Shown here piece by piece: positions 33,398 through 46,500 of a DNA stretch of 64,000 bases (the stretch's first letter is position 1; every line of letters begins with the position of its first letter). A model generated the notes under the pieces. The model saw only the letters and a program-made list of their open reading frames with translations. It was not told the DNA's origin and made no database searches. The translations under genes and the position numbers were made by a program. The stretch is from IMG/VR virus record IMGVR_UViG_3300028412_000003. One strand, given 5' to 3'. Source of the stretch: a virus. Taxonomy: Duplodnaviria > Caudoviricetes.

Positions 33398-35798
33398 TAG
33401 AACTGAATCAAGAAGTTCGAGTAACATTTCTCCTAAATTAGATGGCGGCCCTTATGAGGCCATTGTTGTTTCTCATTTAGATCCAAAATACATGGGTGGA
33501 CTCGAAGTTGAATTATTAAAGAATACATCATCCGGTAATTCTCCTCAGCGAACCGGTCAAATGGTAGAAGTACGATATTTGAGTCCCTTTTATGGAACTA
33601 CGTCAAGAGATGCAACAAAGCCCGAAAAAGGATATGAATATTCTCAAAAATCTTACGGTATGTGGTTTGTTCCGCCTGATGTAGGAACAAGGGTTCTTGT
33701 TATTTTTGCAGAAGGAAATCCCGGACAAGGATTTTGGATAGGCTGTGTACAAGACGATTATATGAATTTTATGTTACCTGGTTATGCAGCAACTTCTAGA
33801 ACGATAGATGAAACACCATCGGCTCTTAAGGGATTAAAAGTTCCGGTTGCTGAATATAATAAAAAATTAGGAACCTCATCTAACTATGCCGAAAAGAAAC
33901 CTACCGTGTTTAAAAAATCATTTCATAAAGAAATGGTATTAAATTTTATAAGACAGGGATTGTTAGAAGATGAAATAAGAGGAACTACAACGTCGAGTGC
34001 AAGAAGAGAAGTTCCTTCGGCAGTATTTGGAATTTCAACCCCAGGACCGATTGACAAGAACGGTCCAAGACATAAATTAGGTCCAGTTGATTCAAAAGCA
34101 AACATCTATGTAAACAGATTGGGTGGTTCATCTTTTGTTATGGACGACGGTGACGATAAGATATTAAGAAAAGGATCTCCCGAAAACTCACCAGCAGATT
34201 ATGTTAACGTAGAACGCGGTGAAAAAGGTGGTAACACTAAATTTCCACACAATGAATTAATAAGACTTAGGACTCGAACCGGGCATCAAATATTGATGCA
34301 TAACACTGAAGACTTGATATACATAGCAAATGCTCGAGGAACTACATGGATTGAAATGACGTCAAACGGAAAAATTGATATTTTTGCACAAGATAGTGTT
34401 TCTGTTCATTCACAACAAGATTTAAATTTAACTGCTGATAGAGATATAAATTTTACAGCATACGAAAATATGAACATAGTAGTTGGTAAAGAATTAAAGA
34501 TAGACGTTGGTGATTCAATCAGCACAACAGCAGGAACTTTTATAGCATCAAATGCAGGAGATAGTATAACAGAGAATGCAAATACCTTTATAACAAATTA
34601 TGCAAAAGAAAGTATAACTCATACTGCAGAATCTGACAATATAACCATACTTTCTGGATCTACTATTAATTTAGGTGCATTAGATGAAATTGGAATAGAA
34701 GCTAATAATAATATTAAGATAACAGCAAGCCAAGCTATGCATCTAAAATCTATAAATTCAATGTTTGTTACAACTGATCAAACTTATAATCTATATTCTA
34801 AAAATGACAGTTTTCATACTTCTGAAACTAATATACATCAAAATTCTCTACTTGATACAAGATTAACACAAGGTGGAAAAATGGATGTTAAAACAACAGG
34901 ATTGAATACAACAACCGCATTAAAGATACATCGTAATGGGCCAATAGCAGTCGAAGCAGATTCTGCACTTGAAGCAATACTTGCACCAATAGCTAATCCA
35001 ATTGAACCTGTGCCTCCATTAAGGGCAGCAACTACAGCAAGAGTTCCCGAACATGAACCATGGTATGAACACGAAAATATAAATCCTTTGAACGTTACAC
35101 CGGATAAAACAAGGGCAGGTACTCAACAAACACAAAGTTTTTCAACTCCTGTATTTGATACATTTGATACTAGAACTACTGGTATTGTAACAGCATCATT
35201 CACTACTTCAACCGAAGACAATCCATATGATGCAACACGAGCACCTCGCCCTGTAACACAACCAGTACCAAGAGCAACAAGAGGAACAACCACAGTTCCG
35301 TTAGAAGCACCAGGGGAAATCACAGCTTTAGGTTCAAAAACTCAAGCATATGTTGATGCATTAGGTCAACGTGAAAGCGGCAATTCATATGATGCAGTTA
35401 ATACAATTGGTTTTATTGGAAGGTTTCAATTTGGTACGTCTGCATTAAAAGACATTGGGTACATTAAAAGAACATCAAAGAATAGGAATAGTGCATTAGA
35501 TAATCCTGTTAATTGGACTGGAAAAAATGGTATAACAAGTAAACAGGCATTTCTCGAAGCAAAAGAAGTACAAGAACAGGCCATGATTGAATATACAAAT
35601 CTTAATTATCGTTATCTTCTTTCTAAGGGAGGATTATCAAATGATTCTCCTTTAGACGAAAAAGGAGGAATGTTAGCAGGAGCACATTTACTTGGCGCAG
35701 GCGGTATGACAAATTGGCGACGTGGAAACGGAGGACGTGATGCTTATGGAACAACAGGTGATGAATATTACAATCTTGGTAGCGGAGCAGTAACATAA
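33387..35798 (+). CDS. gp5: Baseplate central spike, gp5/VgrG-like, with C-terminal lysozyme-like domain
   Basis: OB-fold GMWFVPPDVGTRVLVIF, RLRTRTGHQILMH, beta-helix repeats, then GQRESG...GRFQFG...LAGAHLLG. The GTG at 33387 is preferred over the ATG at 33324, which overlaps the hub gene by 74 nt. Confidence 0.8.
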   Translation: MAYNRTESRSSSNISPKLDGGPYEAIVVSHLDPKYMGGLEVELLKNTSSGNSPQRTGQMVEVRYLSPFYGTTSRDATKPEKGYEYSQKSYGMWFVPPDVGTRVLVIFAEGNPGQGFWIGCVQDDYMNFMLPGYAATSRTIDETPSALKGLKVPVAEYNKKLGTSSNYAEKKPTVFKKSFHKEMVLNFIRQGLLEDEIRGTTTSSARREVPSAVFGISTPGPIDKNGPRHKLGPVDSKANIYVNRLGGSSFVMDDGDDKILRKGSPENSPADYVNVERGEKGGNTKFPHNELIRLRTRTGHQILMHNTEDLIYIANARGTTWIEMTSNGKIDIFAQDSVSVHSQQDLNLTADRDINFTAYENMNIVVGKELKIDVGDSISTTAGTFIASNAGDSITENANTFITNYAKESITHTAESDNITILSGSTINLGALDEIGIEANNNIKITASQAMHLKSINSMFVTTDQTYNLYSKNDSFHTSETNIHQNSLLDTRLTQGGKMDVKTTGLNTTTALKIHRNGPIAVEADSALEAILAPIANPIEPVPPLRAATTARVPEHEPWYEHENINPLNVTPDKTRAGTQQTQSFSTPVFDTFDTRTTGIVTASFTTSTEDNPYDATRAPRPVTQPVPRATRGTTTVPLEAPGEITALGSKTQAYVDALGQRESGNSYDAVNTIGFIGRFQFGTSALKDIGYIKRTSKNRNSALDNPVNWTGKNGITSKQAFLEAKEVQEQAMIEYTNLNYRYLLSKGGLSNDSPLDEKGGMLAGAHLLGAGGMTNWRRGNGGRDAYGTTGDEYYNLGSGAVT

Positions 35799-36556
35799 TG
35801 GCTAGGATAATAATACCTACAACTCCTTGTGTTGATCCGGCAAGATTAATAACTGAAGATGAGCTTGAAGTTTTTATACCTCAAATTAATGCTGCTGCTT
35901 TAGATGCACCCGGAACTGATGTAAACGGAGTTAAGGATACAGGAGCATATCATACTGGTTCACCTGCAGGGTCAGCAAGCGAAGGTAATTCTGTAGCATA
36001 TACAAATACCATAATAGAATCAAATGGAGCAGGAAGTCTTGCTAGATTAAATACTTTGTTAGTTGAAGTAGAAAGACAAGATTGGGCAGAAAACGGATCT
36101 AATCCTCGTATACTCGAAGCACTTGCAGTAGCAGGATATGATAGAACAAATGACAGAAAAACTTCTTGGTGTGCAGCCTTTATGTCGTGGGCCTTAGTTC
36201 AAGCAGGATTTGAAGGTTTAAGAACAGGTAGTTCACAAGCATATAAATCATATGGTTCACCAGTAGACTGGAGGACTTGGTCTAATGTTCGCAAGAATGA
36301 TATAATTGTTTTCAAAAGCAGAAAAGGTCCCGGGGGACATGTTGGATTTGTAGATCGATATATTCCTTCAACTAACAGAGTTAGGGTGTTTGGTGGCAAC
36401 CAAGCTGATAGAGTAAAATATTCAAATTTTTCTGTAAATGGTAATTTATATGTAACTGACGTAAGAAGAATAACGGAAATATCCGATATACCAGATACTG
36501 GACCAACGTTTGATGAAAAAGAATTTTTATCACCGTCTAAAACCCTAAGCGCATAA
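35798..36556 (+). CDS. CHAP/NlpC-P60 (TIGR02594-like) peptidoglycan peptidase (252 aa)
   Basis: WCAAFMSWAL, GHVGFV and GGNQ..RV motifs. Confidence 0.8.
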   Translation: MARIIIPTTPCVDPARLITEDELEVFIPQINAAALDAPGTDVNGVKDTGAYHTGSPAGSASEGNSVAYTNTIIESNGAGSLARLNTLLVEVERQDWAENGSNPRILEALAVAGYDRTNDRKTSWCAAFMSWALVQAGFEGLRTGSSQAYKSYGSPVDWRTWSNVRKNDIIVFKSRKGPGGHVGFVDRYIPSTNRVRVFGGNQADRVKYSNFSVNGNLYVTDVRRITEISDIPDTGPTFDEKEFLSPSKTLSA

Positions 36557-36560
36557 TGGA

Positions 36561-36566
36561 TAAGTA
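36561..36566 (+). promoter_or_regulatory. Late promoter variant TAAGTA
   Basis: Same spacing to the start as the TAAATA sites; the same variant recurs at 62615. Confidence 0.45.
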
Positions 36567-36571
36567 TTAAT

Positions 36572-37018
36572 ATGGCAGCGCTCGAAAAAAACTTAATCAA
36601 ACGTGTAAATGTATCATCAGGAAATTATCCTGATTCGGTAGTAAAAGGACGTGCTTACAGAGGACTTAGTACAGTTGATCCTAATCGGAGAAGTCTCCGA
36701 TTATATGATCTTGAATTAATTAAACAGGATCTTATAAATCATTTTCATATAAGACAAGGCGAAAAACTTGAAAATCCAGAATTTGGAACAATTATATGGG
36801 ATATAATATTCGAACCATTAACTGATGACTTAAAGGAAGCAGTAGCCGAAAACGTAACCACTATCGTTAACTATGATCCAAGAGTAGTAGTTAATCAAGT
36901 TACGGTTGATTCCTACGAAAGTGGAATACAAATTGAGTGTGATCTCACATATCTCCCTTATAATATTTCTGAATCTATGCAATTTCGATTTGATAGAGAA
37001 AACGGACTAATTTCTTAA
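36572..37018 (+). CDS. gp25: Baseplate wedge protein, gp25-like (148 aa)
   Basis: IKQDL.N.F..RQGEK..NP.FG..IWD..FEP...I...DPRV motif. Confidence 0.9.
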   Translation: MAALEKNLIKRVNVSSGNYPDSVVKGRAYRGLSTVDPNRRSLRLYDLELIKQDLINHFHIRQGEKLENPEFGTIIWDIIFEPLTDDLKEAVAENVTTIVNYDPRVVVNQVTVDSYESGIQIECDLTYLPYNISESMQFRFDRENGLIS

Positions 37019-37048
37019 TAGAAATAACAGAGCACTTTTCTATTCTTA

Positions 37049-37055
37049 ATAAATA
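37049..37055 (+). promoter_or_regulatory. Late promoter ATAAATA
   Basis: 24 nt upstream of the gp6 ATG, with a GGAG RBS. Confidence 0.65.
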
Positions 37056-37078
37056 CATTATAATAGGAGAATGAGTGT

Positions 37079-40000
37079 ATGTCGGCTACAGATCGTCAAA
37101 ATAGACTCCTCGTAGCAGAGGATTGGAAAAGGGTTTATCAAACATTTCGTAATGCAGATTTTCAAAGTTATGACTTTGACAATCTTCGCAGGACGATGAT
37201 TTCATATTTGAGAGAAAACTATCCTGAAGATTTTAACGATTATATTGAAAGTAGCGAATACCTTGCGTTAATTGATCTTATTGCATTCCTTGGACAAAAT
37301 CTTTCTTTCCGTATAGATCTAAATGCAAGAGAAAACTTTATTGAATTAGCAGAAAGAAGAGAATCAATCTTAAGATTGGCTCGATTGCTATCATATAATG
37401 TTAAAAGAAACCAAGCAGCAAACGGATTATTAAAATTTGATTCTGTTAGCACAACGGAAACATTACTTGATTCTAATAATTTCAATTTAGCAGGACAAAC
37501 AATTGTATGGAATGATCCGTCTAATTCAGATTGGTACGAGCAATTTATTAAAATAATGAATTCTGCATTACCAGTTAATGGCACGTTTGGTCGCCCTGAC
37601 AAGAAAGATACAGTAGCAGGAATACCAACTGAACAATATCGTTTTAATGCTATCAACACAGATCTTCCAATTTATAAATTTTCTAAATCAGTTGAAGGAA
37701 TAGATACACCTTTTGAAATAGTTTCAACTGATTTAGAAGACGGTGAAATAAAAGAAGAATTGCCTATTCTTGCAAATAGTCTTGCTTGTTTATACAGAGA
37801 TGATGGTCGAGGAGCAGGTTCTTCTAATACAGGATTTTTCAGTCATTTCCGTCAAGGAGTATTAGATCAAGGAATTTTTACAATCAATAATACAGTACCT
37901 AATCAAATTATTGGTGTAGATGCAAGGAATATTAATAACTCTGATGTTTGGTTATATCAATTAAATGATCAAGGTTCTGAAACAGAATACTGGACTAAGG
38001 TTGAAGCAATTGAAGGAAATAACGTAATCTATAACAGTTTGAACAAAGGCATAAGAAATTTTTATTCTGTTCTTACTAGGTCAGACGATAGAATCAATCT
38101 TATTTTTAGCGACGGCGTCTTTGGTAATCTACCAAAAGGAACATTCCGTGTATATTATCGTACTTCTGCTAACCGTCGAGTAATTGTTCAAACTCCAGAT
38201 ATGCAAAATATTAGTATATCTATTCCTTATCTTTCAAGAAACGGTACAGTTGAAACATTATCAATTGGACTTTCTCTAAAGGCAACAGTTGATAACGGAG
38301 CATCAACAGAATCAAACGACAGCATTCGTTCTAATGCACCTTCTACTTATTACACACAAAATAGAATGGTAACAGCAGAAGATTATAATATTGCCCCTCT
38401 TGGAATTTCTCAAGAGATTGTAAAGGTAAAAGCAGTTAATAGGACGTCAAGTGGAATTAGTCGTTATTTTGATTTAATAGACACTAGTGGAAAATATAGC
38501 ACAGTCAATCTTTATGGAGTAGATGGTGTATTATATCGTCAAAGTATTGAAGAGAAGCAAACCTTTACTTTTGCTACACAAACAGATATTGAAGGTATAA
38601 TCTTAAACACAATTGAACCAATATTAAAAGATAGAAAAGTCTTAAATTTTTATTATAAAGAATTTCCAAGAATATTTACATCTGATTTATCTGCAACATG
38701 GGTTCAAAGTACGTCTGACACGAACCAGTCAACTGGATATCTAGAAGACGTAGATGGTCAGCCTTATACCGTTGGATCATTTACATCTAATTCTTTAAAG
38801 AGTATTGAATCCGGTACACTCTGTAAATTTATTCCACCTGCTGGTTATTATTTTAAAGCAAACGGGACTATTGATGTAGGTGACGGAACTGCTCCGGGAG
38901 CAACTCTTTATAAATGGACAAAGGTAATAAGTGTAAATGGTAGAGGTATCGCAGTTGACGAAACTGGTAAAGGTCCCATTGTTTTTAACGACGTTATACC
39001 ATCTAATGCAATATTAAGTGAATTAAAACCAAAATTAGCAACTTCGATAACTGCTCCGGTTAAAACACAGATTGTAGACCAAACATTTTCTTTTAATACT
39101 TTTGGATTAAGATATGATGTACCGTCAAGACAATGGAAATTAGTTGATAATACAAATATTGATATTAATTCAAATTTTTCAACAGGTAAAGCAGGAGACA
39201 CAAGCAATCAAAATCTTGATGCAAGTTGGTTAATTTTGTTTCAGACAAATGGAGAATCATATACATTAACTTATAGAGGGTTACGTTATATATTTGAAAG
39301 TGATAGAGAAATTAAGTTTTATTATGATTCTTCGGATACAATATATGATAATAGAACTGGTAATATAGTAAAAGATAAGATACAAATTATGTCAATTAAT
39401 ACACAACCTGATTCAAATTCTCCTTTCACTATTAATCATGATTGGGAAATTATTGAAGAATTTCGAGATAAAGAAGGATACGTAGATTCAAAGAAAATAC
39501 AAATTAGTTTCTTTGATAGCGACAACGATGGTGTAGTAGATGATATTGATATATTTGACGAAATTGTAAATCAATCAGTTAATGCCAATACTAAGTATAT
39601 TTTTGAAAAATCTTATAGGACATCAGACGGTGTAGAAGATTATCGTTATATTTCTCAGTCAGATGCAGGTATTTTGGTTGTTTCTTTTGAGCAAGACATA
39701 GGAGCGTTAAGTCAATATCAAGAGGGTGATATATTTTATGTTTCTAGTACCAATGTTTTTAAGGTAGTAGACCTAACTAACATAAGACTTGAAACTATTT
39801 CCGGATACAGAGCATATGTAGGACGTGATAATTTACGTTTCTATTATGTTCATGCAGCTGATTCAAATTCAAGAATTGATCCGGCAGTGAGTAATATAAT
39901 GGATGTTTATATGCTAACACGTCGATATGATTCTTCATTTCGCAACTACCTTGATGGAACTACATCTACTATTCCTCTACCACCTAGTTCTGATGAATTA

Positions 40001-40534
40001 TATCGTAATTTTGGACAACAGTTAAATCAAATTAAAACCATAAGTGACGAAGTAATTTATAATTCGGTTAAGTATAAGATATTGTTTGGTACAAAAGCAA
40101 AATCAGATCTAAGAGCTACATTTAAGATAGTAAAGAATCCAGACTTGGTAGTTAATGATAACGACGTTAAAACTCAAGTAATTGAAGCAATGAATCAATA
40201 TTTTGCTCTTGAAAATTGGGAATTTGGAGAGACTTTTTACTTTAGCGAATTGTCAACGTATGTAATGAATCAACTTGCTCCTGATGTAGTATCCTTTGTT
40301 ATTGTACCAATTCAAACATCACAAGCATTTGGTAGTTTGTTTGAAATTCGTTCTGAAGCAGATGAAGTTTTTATATCTGGGGCAACAGTTGACGATGTTC
40401 AAATAATTGATGCTATAACCGCAACTAGATTGCAAGCAGGAGGACTAGTGGTAACATCTAGCGTAGATCCTAATACAGGAATTCAAAGTAATACACTATC
40501 AACAATAAGCATAACTGGAGGAACTAGTTTCTAA
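37079..40534 (+). CDS. gp6: Baseplate wedge protein, gp6-like, extended (1151 aa)
   Basis: F.SYDFD.LR..MI.YL...YPE.FNDY.ESS, RENF...AERRESI.RLA, QNRMVTAEDY. Confidence 0.88.
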   Translation: MSATDRQNRLLVAEDWKRVYQTFRNADFQSYDFDNLRRTMISYLRENYPEDFNDYIESSEYLALIDLIAFLGQNLSFRIDLNARENFIELAERRESILRLARLLSYNVKRNQAANGLLKFDSVSTTETLLDSNNFNLAGQTIVWNDPSNSDWYEQFIKIMNSALPVNGTFGRPDKKDTVAGIPTEQYRFNAINTDLPIYKFSKSVEGIDTPFEIVSTDLEDGEIKEELPILANSLACLYRDDGRGAGSSNTGFFSHFRQGVLDQGIFTINNTVPNQIIGVDARNINNSDVWLYQLNDQGSETEYWTKVEAIEGNNVIYNSLNKGIRNFYSVLTRSDDRINLIFSDGVFGNLPKGTFRVYYRTSANRRVIVQTPDMQNISISIPYLSRNGTVETLSIGLSLKATVDNGASTESNDSIRSNAPSTYYTQNRMVTAEDYNIAPLGISQEIVKVKAVNRTSSGISRYFDLIDTSGKYSTVNLYGVDGVLYRQSIEEKQTFTFATQTDIEGIILNTIEPILKDRKVLNFYYKEFPRIFTSDLSATWVQSTSDTNQSTGYLEDVDGQPYTVGSFTSNSLKSIESGTLCKFIPPAGYYFKANGTIDVGDGTAPGATLYKWTKVISVNGRGIAVDETGKGPIVFNDVIPSNAILSELKPKLATSITAPVKTQIVDQTFSFNTFGLRYDVPSRQWKLVDNTNIDINSNFSTGKAGDTSNQNLDASWLILFQTNGESYTLTYRGLRYIFESDREIKFYYDSSDTIYDNRTGNIVKDKIQIMSINTQPDSNSPFTINHDWEIIEEFRDKEGYVDSKKIQISFFDSDNDGVVDDIDIFDEIVNQSVNANTKYIFEKSYRTSDGVEDYRYISQSDAGILVVSFEQDIGALSQYQEGDIFYVSSTNVFKVVDLTNIRLETISGYRAYVGRDNLRFYYVHAADSNSRIDPAVSNIMDVYMLTRRYDSSFRNYLDGTTSTIPLPPSSDELYRNFGQQLNQIKTISDEVIYNSVKYKILFGTKAKSDLRATFKIVKNPDLVVNDNDVKTQVIEAMNQYFALENWEFGETFYFSELSTYVMNQLAPDVVSFVIVPIQTSQAFGSLFEIRSEADEVFISGATVDDVQIIDAITATRLQAGGLVVTSSVDPNTGIQSNTLSTISITGGTSF

Positions 40535-43500
40535 TGGCTTACGACAATAATCAAAATGAATACCCAATAAACCCAGAAAAGCCTGATCGTAGTGTTAAAA
40601 GTACACAATTCCTCCCAAGATTTTTTCGTACACCAACTAATGAAAAATTCTTAAACGCTACCCTTGACCAAATGATACAACCCGGAGTAGCCGAAAAGCT
40701 ATCCGGATATTTTGGTCGCCGGGTTTCTAAAGCAAGAAAGAAAGATGATAGCTATGTCGGAGCAGTAACTTCTCAAAGAGAAAATTACCAATTAGAACCA
40801 GCAACAGTTATAAAAGACGATCTATCAAATGTACTCTTTTATAAAGATTACCAAGATTTTATTAATCAGACTACTGCATTCAAAGGCAATACGTCTAATC
40901 ATAATATATTAAATGCACAAGAATACTATGCTTGGAATCCAAATATTGATTGGGATAAAATTGCTAATTTTCGTGAATATTATTGGTTACCAAATGGACC
41001 ACAGCCGGTACCTGTTAGGGGTAATGCAAAAGAAGTACAATCAACTCTTACAGTAGAATTAGCAGAGCAAGGTGATAGCCTTGCCTATTTGTTTACTCCA
41101 AATGGGTTCACCCCAAACAAAACTTTAAAGTTATTTAGAGGTCAAACTTATCGTTTTCAAATTAATACCCCTAATCATCCTATAGCATTTGCTACATCTC
41201 GATCATTTACACCGGGCGAAGCCATTTTAGTTGCTACGACAGAGGGAATAAAAGCAAGTGGTCTATACGACAATGCTCCATATGACGGAGAACAATATGA
41301 TGTTGGACCTTTCGTAGTTGATCCTAATCCTGGAGGAGTAACCCCCGGAGAAGCAATTAATCGTTCACAAATATATAATGACGGTGTAACAAGATACAAC
41401 GAAGAATTTGAAGAAGTTGCTGTTGTCTATGTTGAAGAAGGATTTATTGAATTTAAAGTTCCAGAAAATGCACCAGACAAACTTTATTATATTTCAAAAA
41501 ATGATGTAAATGTAAGTGGATTTATAAAGATATATGATATTGAAGAAAATACCGAAATCAATGTAGAAGAAGAAATTATAGGAAAGCGTGCTTATAAAAC
41601 TTCAACTGGATATGATATTAGTAACGGAATGAAAATATATTTTCAAGGAGATGTAACTCCTGAAATATATTCTACAGGTGAATGGTATGTTGAAGGAGTT
41701 GGCAGTGAAATAAAGTTGATTAATTCAAATGATCTTGAAATTCCAGCTGCTTATTCAACTAATTTAGAAATACCGTTTGACACAGATGGATTTGATACAC
41801 TTCCGTATGCAAATTCGTCATCTTTTGCAGGAACGAAAGATTACATCGTTATAAACCGTGCAAGCCTTGACCGAAATGCGTGGACTCGTTATAATCGTTG
41901 GTTCCACAGAGGTGTAATAGAAACAAGTGCTATAATAAACGGAACTGAAGTAGAAGTTGACCAAGCACAGAGAGCAAAACGTCCTATTATTGAATTTGAA
42001 GCAGGATTAAAGTTATATAATTTTGGATCAGCTTCTAAAACTGATATTGCTCTTATTGATAATTTTACAACGGATGTATTTTCAACAATTGAAGGATCAA
42101 TTGGTTACAATGTAGATGGCATTGATTTAACTGAAGGACAACGTATCTTATTTACAGCAGATCCAGATAGTTTTGTTGCAAACAAAATATATGAAGTAAC
42201 CTTTGTTACTTTTGAAAACCGTCGTCAAATTGCGTTACGTGAAACTATTGATACACAACCGTTATTAAACGAAACTGTTTTGGTACAACAAGGTGTAGAA
42301 AATGCAGGACAAATTTATTTCTATAACGGGTCTAGTTGGATAAGAGGGCAAGAGAAAACAGAAATAAATCAAGAACCAAAATTTGATCTCTTTGACAAAA
42401 ACGGAATTTCTTACGCAGATCAAACTGTTTATGATGCAACAAACTTTCGTGGTAATTCTATTTTTTCCTATCGTCGAGGAACAGGAATAGTTGATACTGA
42501 ATTAGGTTTTGCCCTTTCATATCGTGCTTTTGAAAATGTAGGAGATATTGTTTTTGATTTTAATCTTTTAAATGAAAGCTATACCTATGCTCAATCAAAC
42601 ACACAAATAATGATTGATTCTAAAATAGCCTATCTTCAAAAATATTCACAGAGAGAAGAATTTAGTTATAAAAATGGCTGGACAAAAGGTCGTCGCAATA
42701 GTAGACAAAAAGTAACTAGACAATTTTTTGGTGAAGACATTGTTAATGATTTTCCTGTTGATGTCTATAACCGTAGCGGAGAGTTAAATGATCTGCGTGT
42801 TTGGGTATATGTTAACAATAACCTAAAGTTTTTTGAAATTGATTATGAAATTAATCGAATAAACGGTATTGCATATGTTCGATTTTTTACAGATTTAGTT
42901 CCGGGTGATAGAATATTAATAAAGAGTAATAGTTTAACTCCTAAAAATGATAATGGCTATTACGAAATACCAACTAACCTTGAAAGAAATCCACTTAACA
43001 ATAATATTCTTTCTTTTACACTAGGTGAAGTTAATGATCATGTTACTACGATAGTTGAAGAAGCATTTGAATTTAATGGTAATTTTCCCGGCAATTCAAA
43101 TCTAAGAGACTTGGGTGAAATAGATCAATATGGTACAAAGATAGTTAAGCATTCTGGTCCGTTTAACCTTGCTAATTTTCATATAACCGATAAAGAAAAC
43201 AATATAGTTAAGGCTTTAAGATTTAACAGAAAAGAATATGCTAAATTTAAGAGATTGTTTTTCCAAACTGCTTTTAATTTAGGATTTGATGGAACTATAA
43301 AGGAACATGTAGATAGAATTCTAGGAGAAATGAACAAGGCAAAAACCAATACTATGCCATTTTATTTCTCGGATATGTTGCCGTCTGGACCATCTAAAAA
43401 ATTAGAATATACAGTAGTAGATACAAGAAATGAATTTTTTGCTCTAACTCAGCCATTTACGCTTGGTGAACTATCACCAATTGCAGTTTTAGTTTATAAA

Positions 43501-46500
43501 AATGAATCTCAATTAATCCATGGTAAAGATTATACGTTTAATGACAATGGATTTTGTATTATTACGGCAGATAAAGAAATTGATGATATAATTGAAATAT
43601 ATGAATATGAAACAACAGATGGTTGTTTCATACCTCCTACTCCTACAAAATTAGGATTGTATCAGGCATATCGTCCTGCAATAATAAATGACACAACTTA
43701 TCGTACTCCTACAGTAATGATACAGGGTCATGATGGATCGTTAACTCGAGCATATGATGATTATAGAGATGATTTGTTACTTGAATTAGAGACTCGAATT
43801 TATAATAACCTTAAACAACCATATAGAACTGATATATTAGATATAAAAGATTTTGTCGGCGGTGAATTTCGTTCAACAAATTATACTAGAGATAGTATAA
43901 ATGATTCGATGATATATGATTTTACACAATGGTTATCTGTTGTCGGATCGGTTGATTATACCAACAATAATTTTTATGTAAACGGTGATACTTTCACTTA
44001 CAATTATAAATTTATGTCATCACCTAGCGGAAAACCATTACCGGGATTTTGGAGAGCAGTTTATAAAGAAGCTTATGATACTGATCGTCCACATACAAAT
44101 CCTTGGGAAATGCTTGGATTTACAGTTATGCCAGATTGGTGGACAGACAAGTATGGACCAGCCCCATATACTAGAGACAATTTAATATTGTGGAATGATT
44201 TAGAACAAGGTGCTATAAAAGAACCTGGAACAAATCCACAATATCTAACCAAATATGCTCGTCCAGGATTGACAACCCATATACCAGTTGACAGCCAAGG
44301 AAACTTGCTTAGTCCTTTAGATTCGAACTATGCAAAGGGTTATATTTCAAATTTAACTGTTAGAGAATTTGCATTCGGAGACGAAGCACCTGTAGAAACT
44401 GCATGGCGTAAAAGTTCTGAATATCCTTTTAGTTTAATAACTTCTTGGTTATTAAATCAGCCTTCAAAAGTGATGGGAATAGGATTTGACATTTCTCGTA
44501 TTGAAAGAGACTTAGCAGGTCATTTGGTATACACCGAATCACAAGAACAAATAAGAACAGCCGATTTGATTTTTCCTAATACAATAATGGGGAATACAAG
44601 AATTAACACAGCCGGATTAGTTAATTTTATGTATAATTATTTGGCTAGTTCTGTTTTATTAAGCTATGAAAATTATAAAGACAGGTTAACATCAATAACA
44701 ACACAACTAGGTGCAAAAATTGGTGGATTTACTGACAAGGATAAGTTTGAATTAATACTTGATTCTCGTACTCCATTTAACAAGAGTAATGTTTTAATAC
44801 CAAAAGAAAATTATAATATTTTCTTAAATACTAGTTCTCCGGTTGAAGTAATAAACTATTCCGGTGTAATAATTGAACGTCTAACTGGTGGATATGCAAT
44901 CCGCGGGTATGATCGTAATTCACCCGGGTTTAGTTATTTTAGAGCACACGAACTTAATAATGATACACTTATTAATATAGGTGGTGTGTCACAATCTTTT
45001 GTAAATTGGGATGTAAACAATAGATACTTAGTAGGACAAGTAGTTCAATACCAGTCTAAGTTCTACAGAACCAAAACAGCTCATGTAAGCGAATCATCTT
45101 TTGATATAGAAAAATTTGCGGTACTACCAAGACTACCAATAGATGGCGGCCGCGATGTTTATATAAGAAAAAGTTTTGATAAAAGAAGAGTGCTTGAAAT
45201 ACCATACGGATTTGTCTTTAAGACCATTCAAGAAGTAGCAGATTTTATATTTGGATACCAAGCATATCTTATCGATAAAGGATTTATATTTGACTATTTT
45301 GATAAAGATGCAGGAGTGGTTGAAGATTGGGTGCAATCAATTAAGGAATTTGCATTTTGGACAACACAAAATTGGCAGGAAAATTCAAGTATTACACTTA
45401 GCCCCGGAGCTGCTCAAATTAAATTTAAGAGTGAATTTTCTGTAGTTGATAATTTGTTTGATAATTTTTATGATTATAGTTTGTTTAAAGCTGATGGACA
45501 AAAACTAAAAGAAGATTTTACTAGTCGTGTTCGTAATAACGAAAATGATTTTATTGTTTCTCCTCGTGAAACAGCAGATGGAATTTACAATATTAAATTG
45601 CCATTAGTTCAAAAAGAACATGTATTGTTATTAGATAATAGAACAGTCTTTAATGATATATTGTATGATTTAGAACCAGGTTATCGCCAGGAGAGAATTC
45701 GAGTAGTTGGATATCGTTCAGATAACTGGACAGGTGGTCTTAACATACCTGGATTCATATACGACAGTGCAACGGTAACAGAATGGGAAACAAACAAAGA
45801 TTATTCAATAGGTGATCTAGTTAAGTACAAAGAATTTTATTATGTTTCGAATAATAAAATTTCTGGAACAGACAAATTCTCCACAAAAGACTGGACTCGT
45901 CTAGGCGAAAGACCAGAACCAAAACTTCGTACTAACTTTGATTTTAAAATTTCAGAATTTTCTGATTTTTATAGTTTAGACACGGATAATTTTGATGGAG
46001 AGCAACAGAGAATGGCTCAGCATCTAATTGGTTATCAAGATAGAGACTACCTAAAGAATATTATAAATGATGACATAAGTCAATACAAATTTTATCAAGG
46101 TTACATTGCTGATAAAGGTACAAAGAATTCACTTACTAAGTTGTTTGATGCACTTGCTTCGGCAGATAAAGAAAGTCTTGAATTTTACGAAGAATGGGGA
46201 GTTCGTGTAGGACAAATTGGAGCAGTTGAAAAATTTAGTGAAATTGAATATGCACTTGATGAAACAAAGTTTTTCTTAACTCCACAACCTATCGAATTAA
46301 CTAATACAATTGATACAAATGACACTCGTTTAATTTACAAGATACGAGAAAGCGAGACATATCTTAAAAATTTAAATTATGATCATACACCCTTTCCGAC
46401 AGTAGCAAATTTTACAGAATTCTTAAAGACGGCGGGTTATATTCATACAGACGATGTAGTACAGTCTTTAATTGACTACAAAAGCATTCTTAATCTTGAT

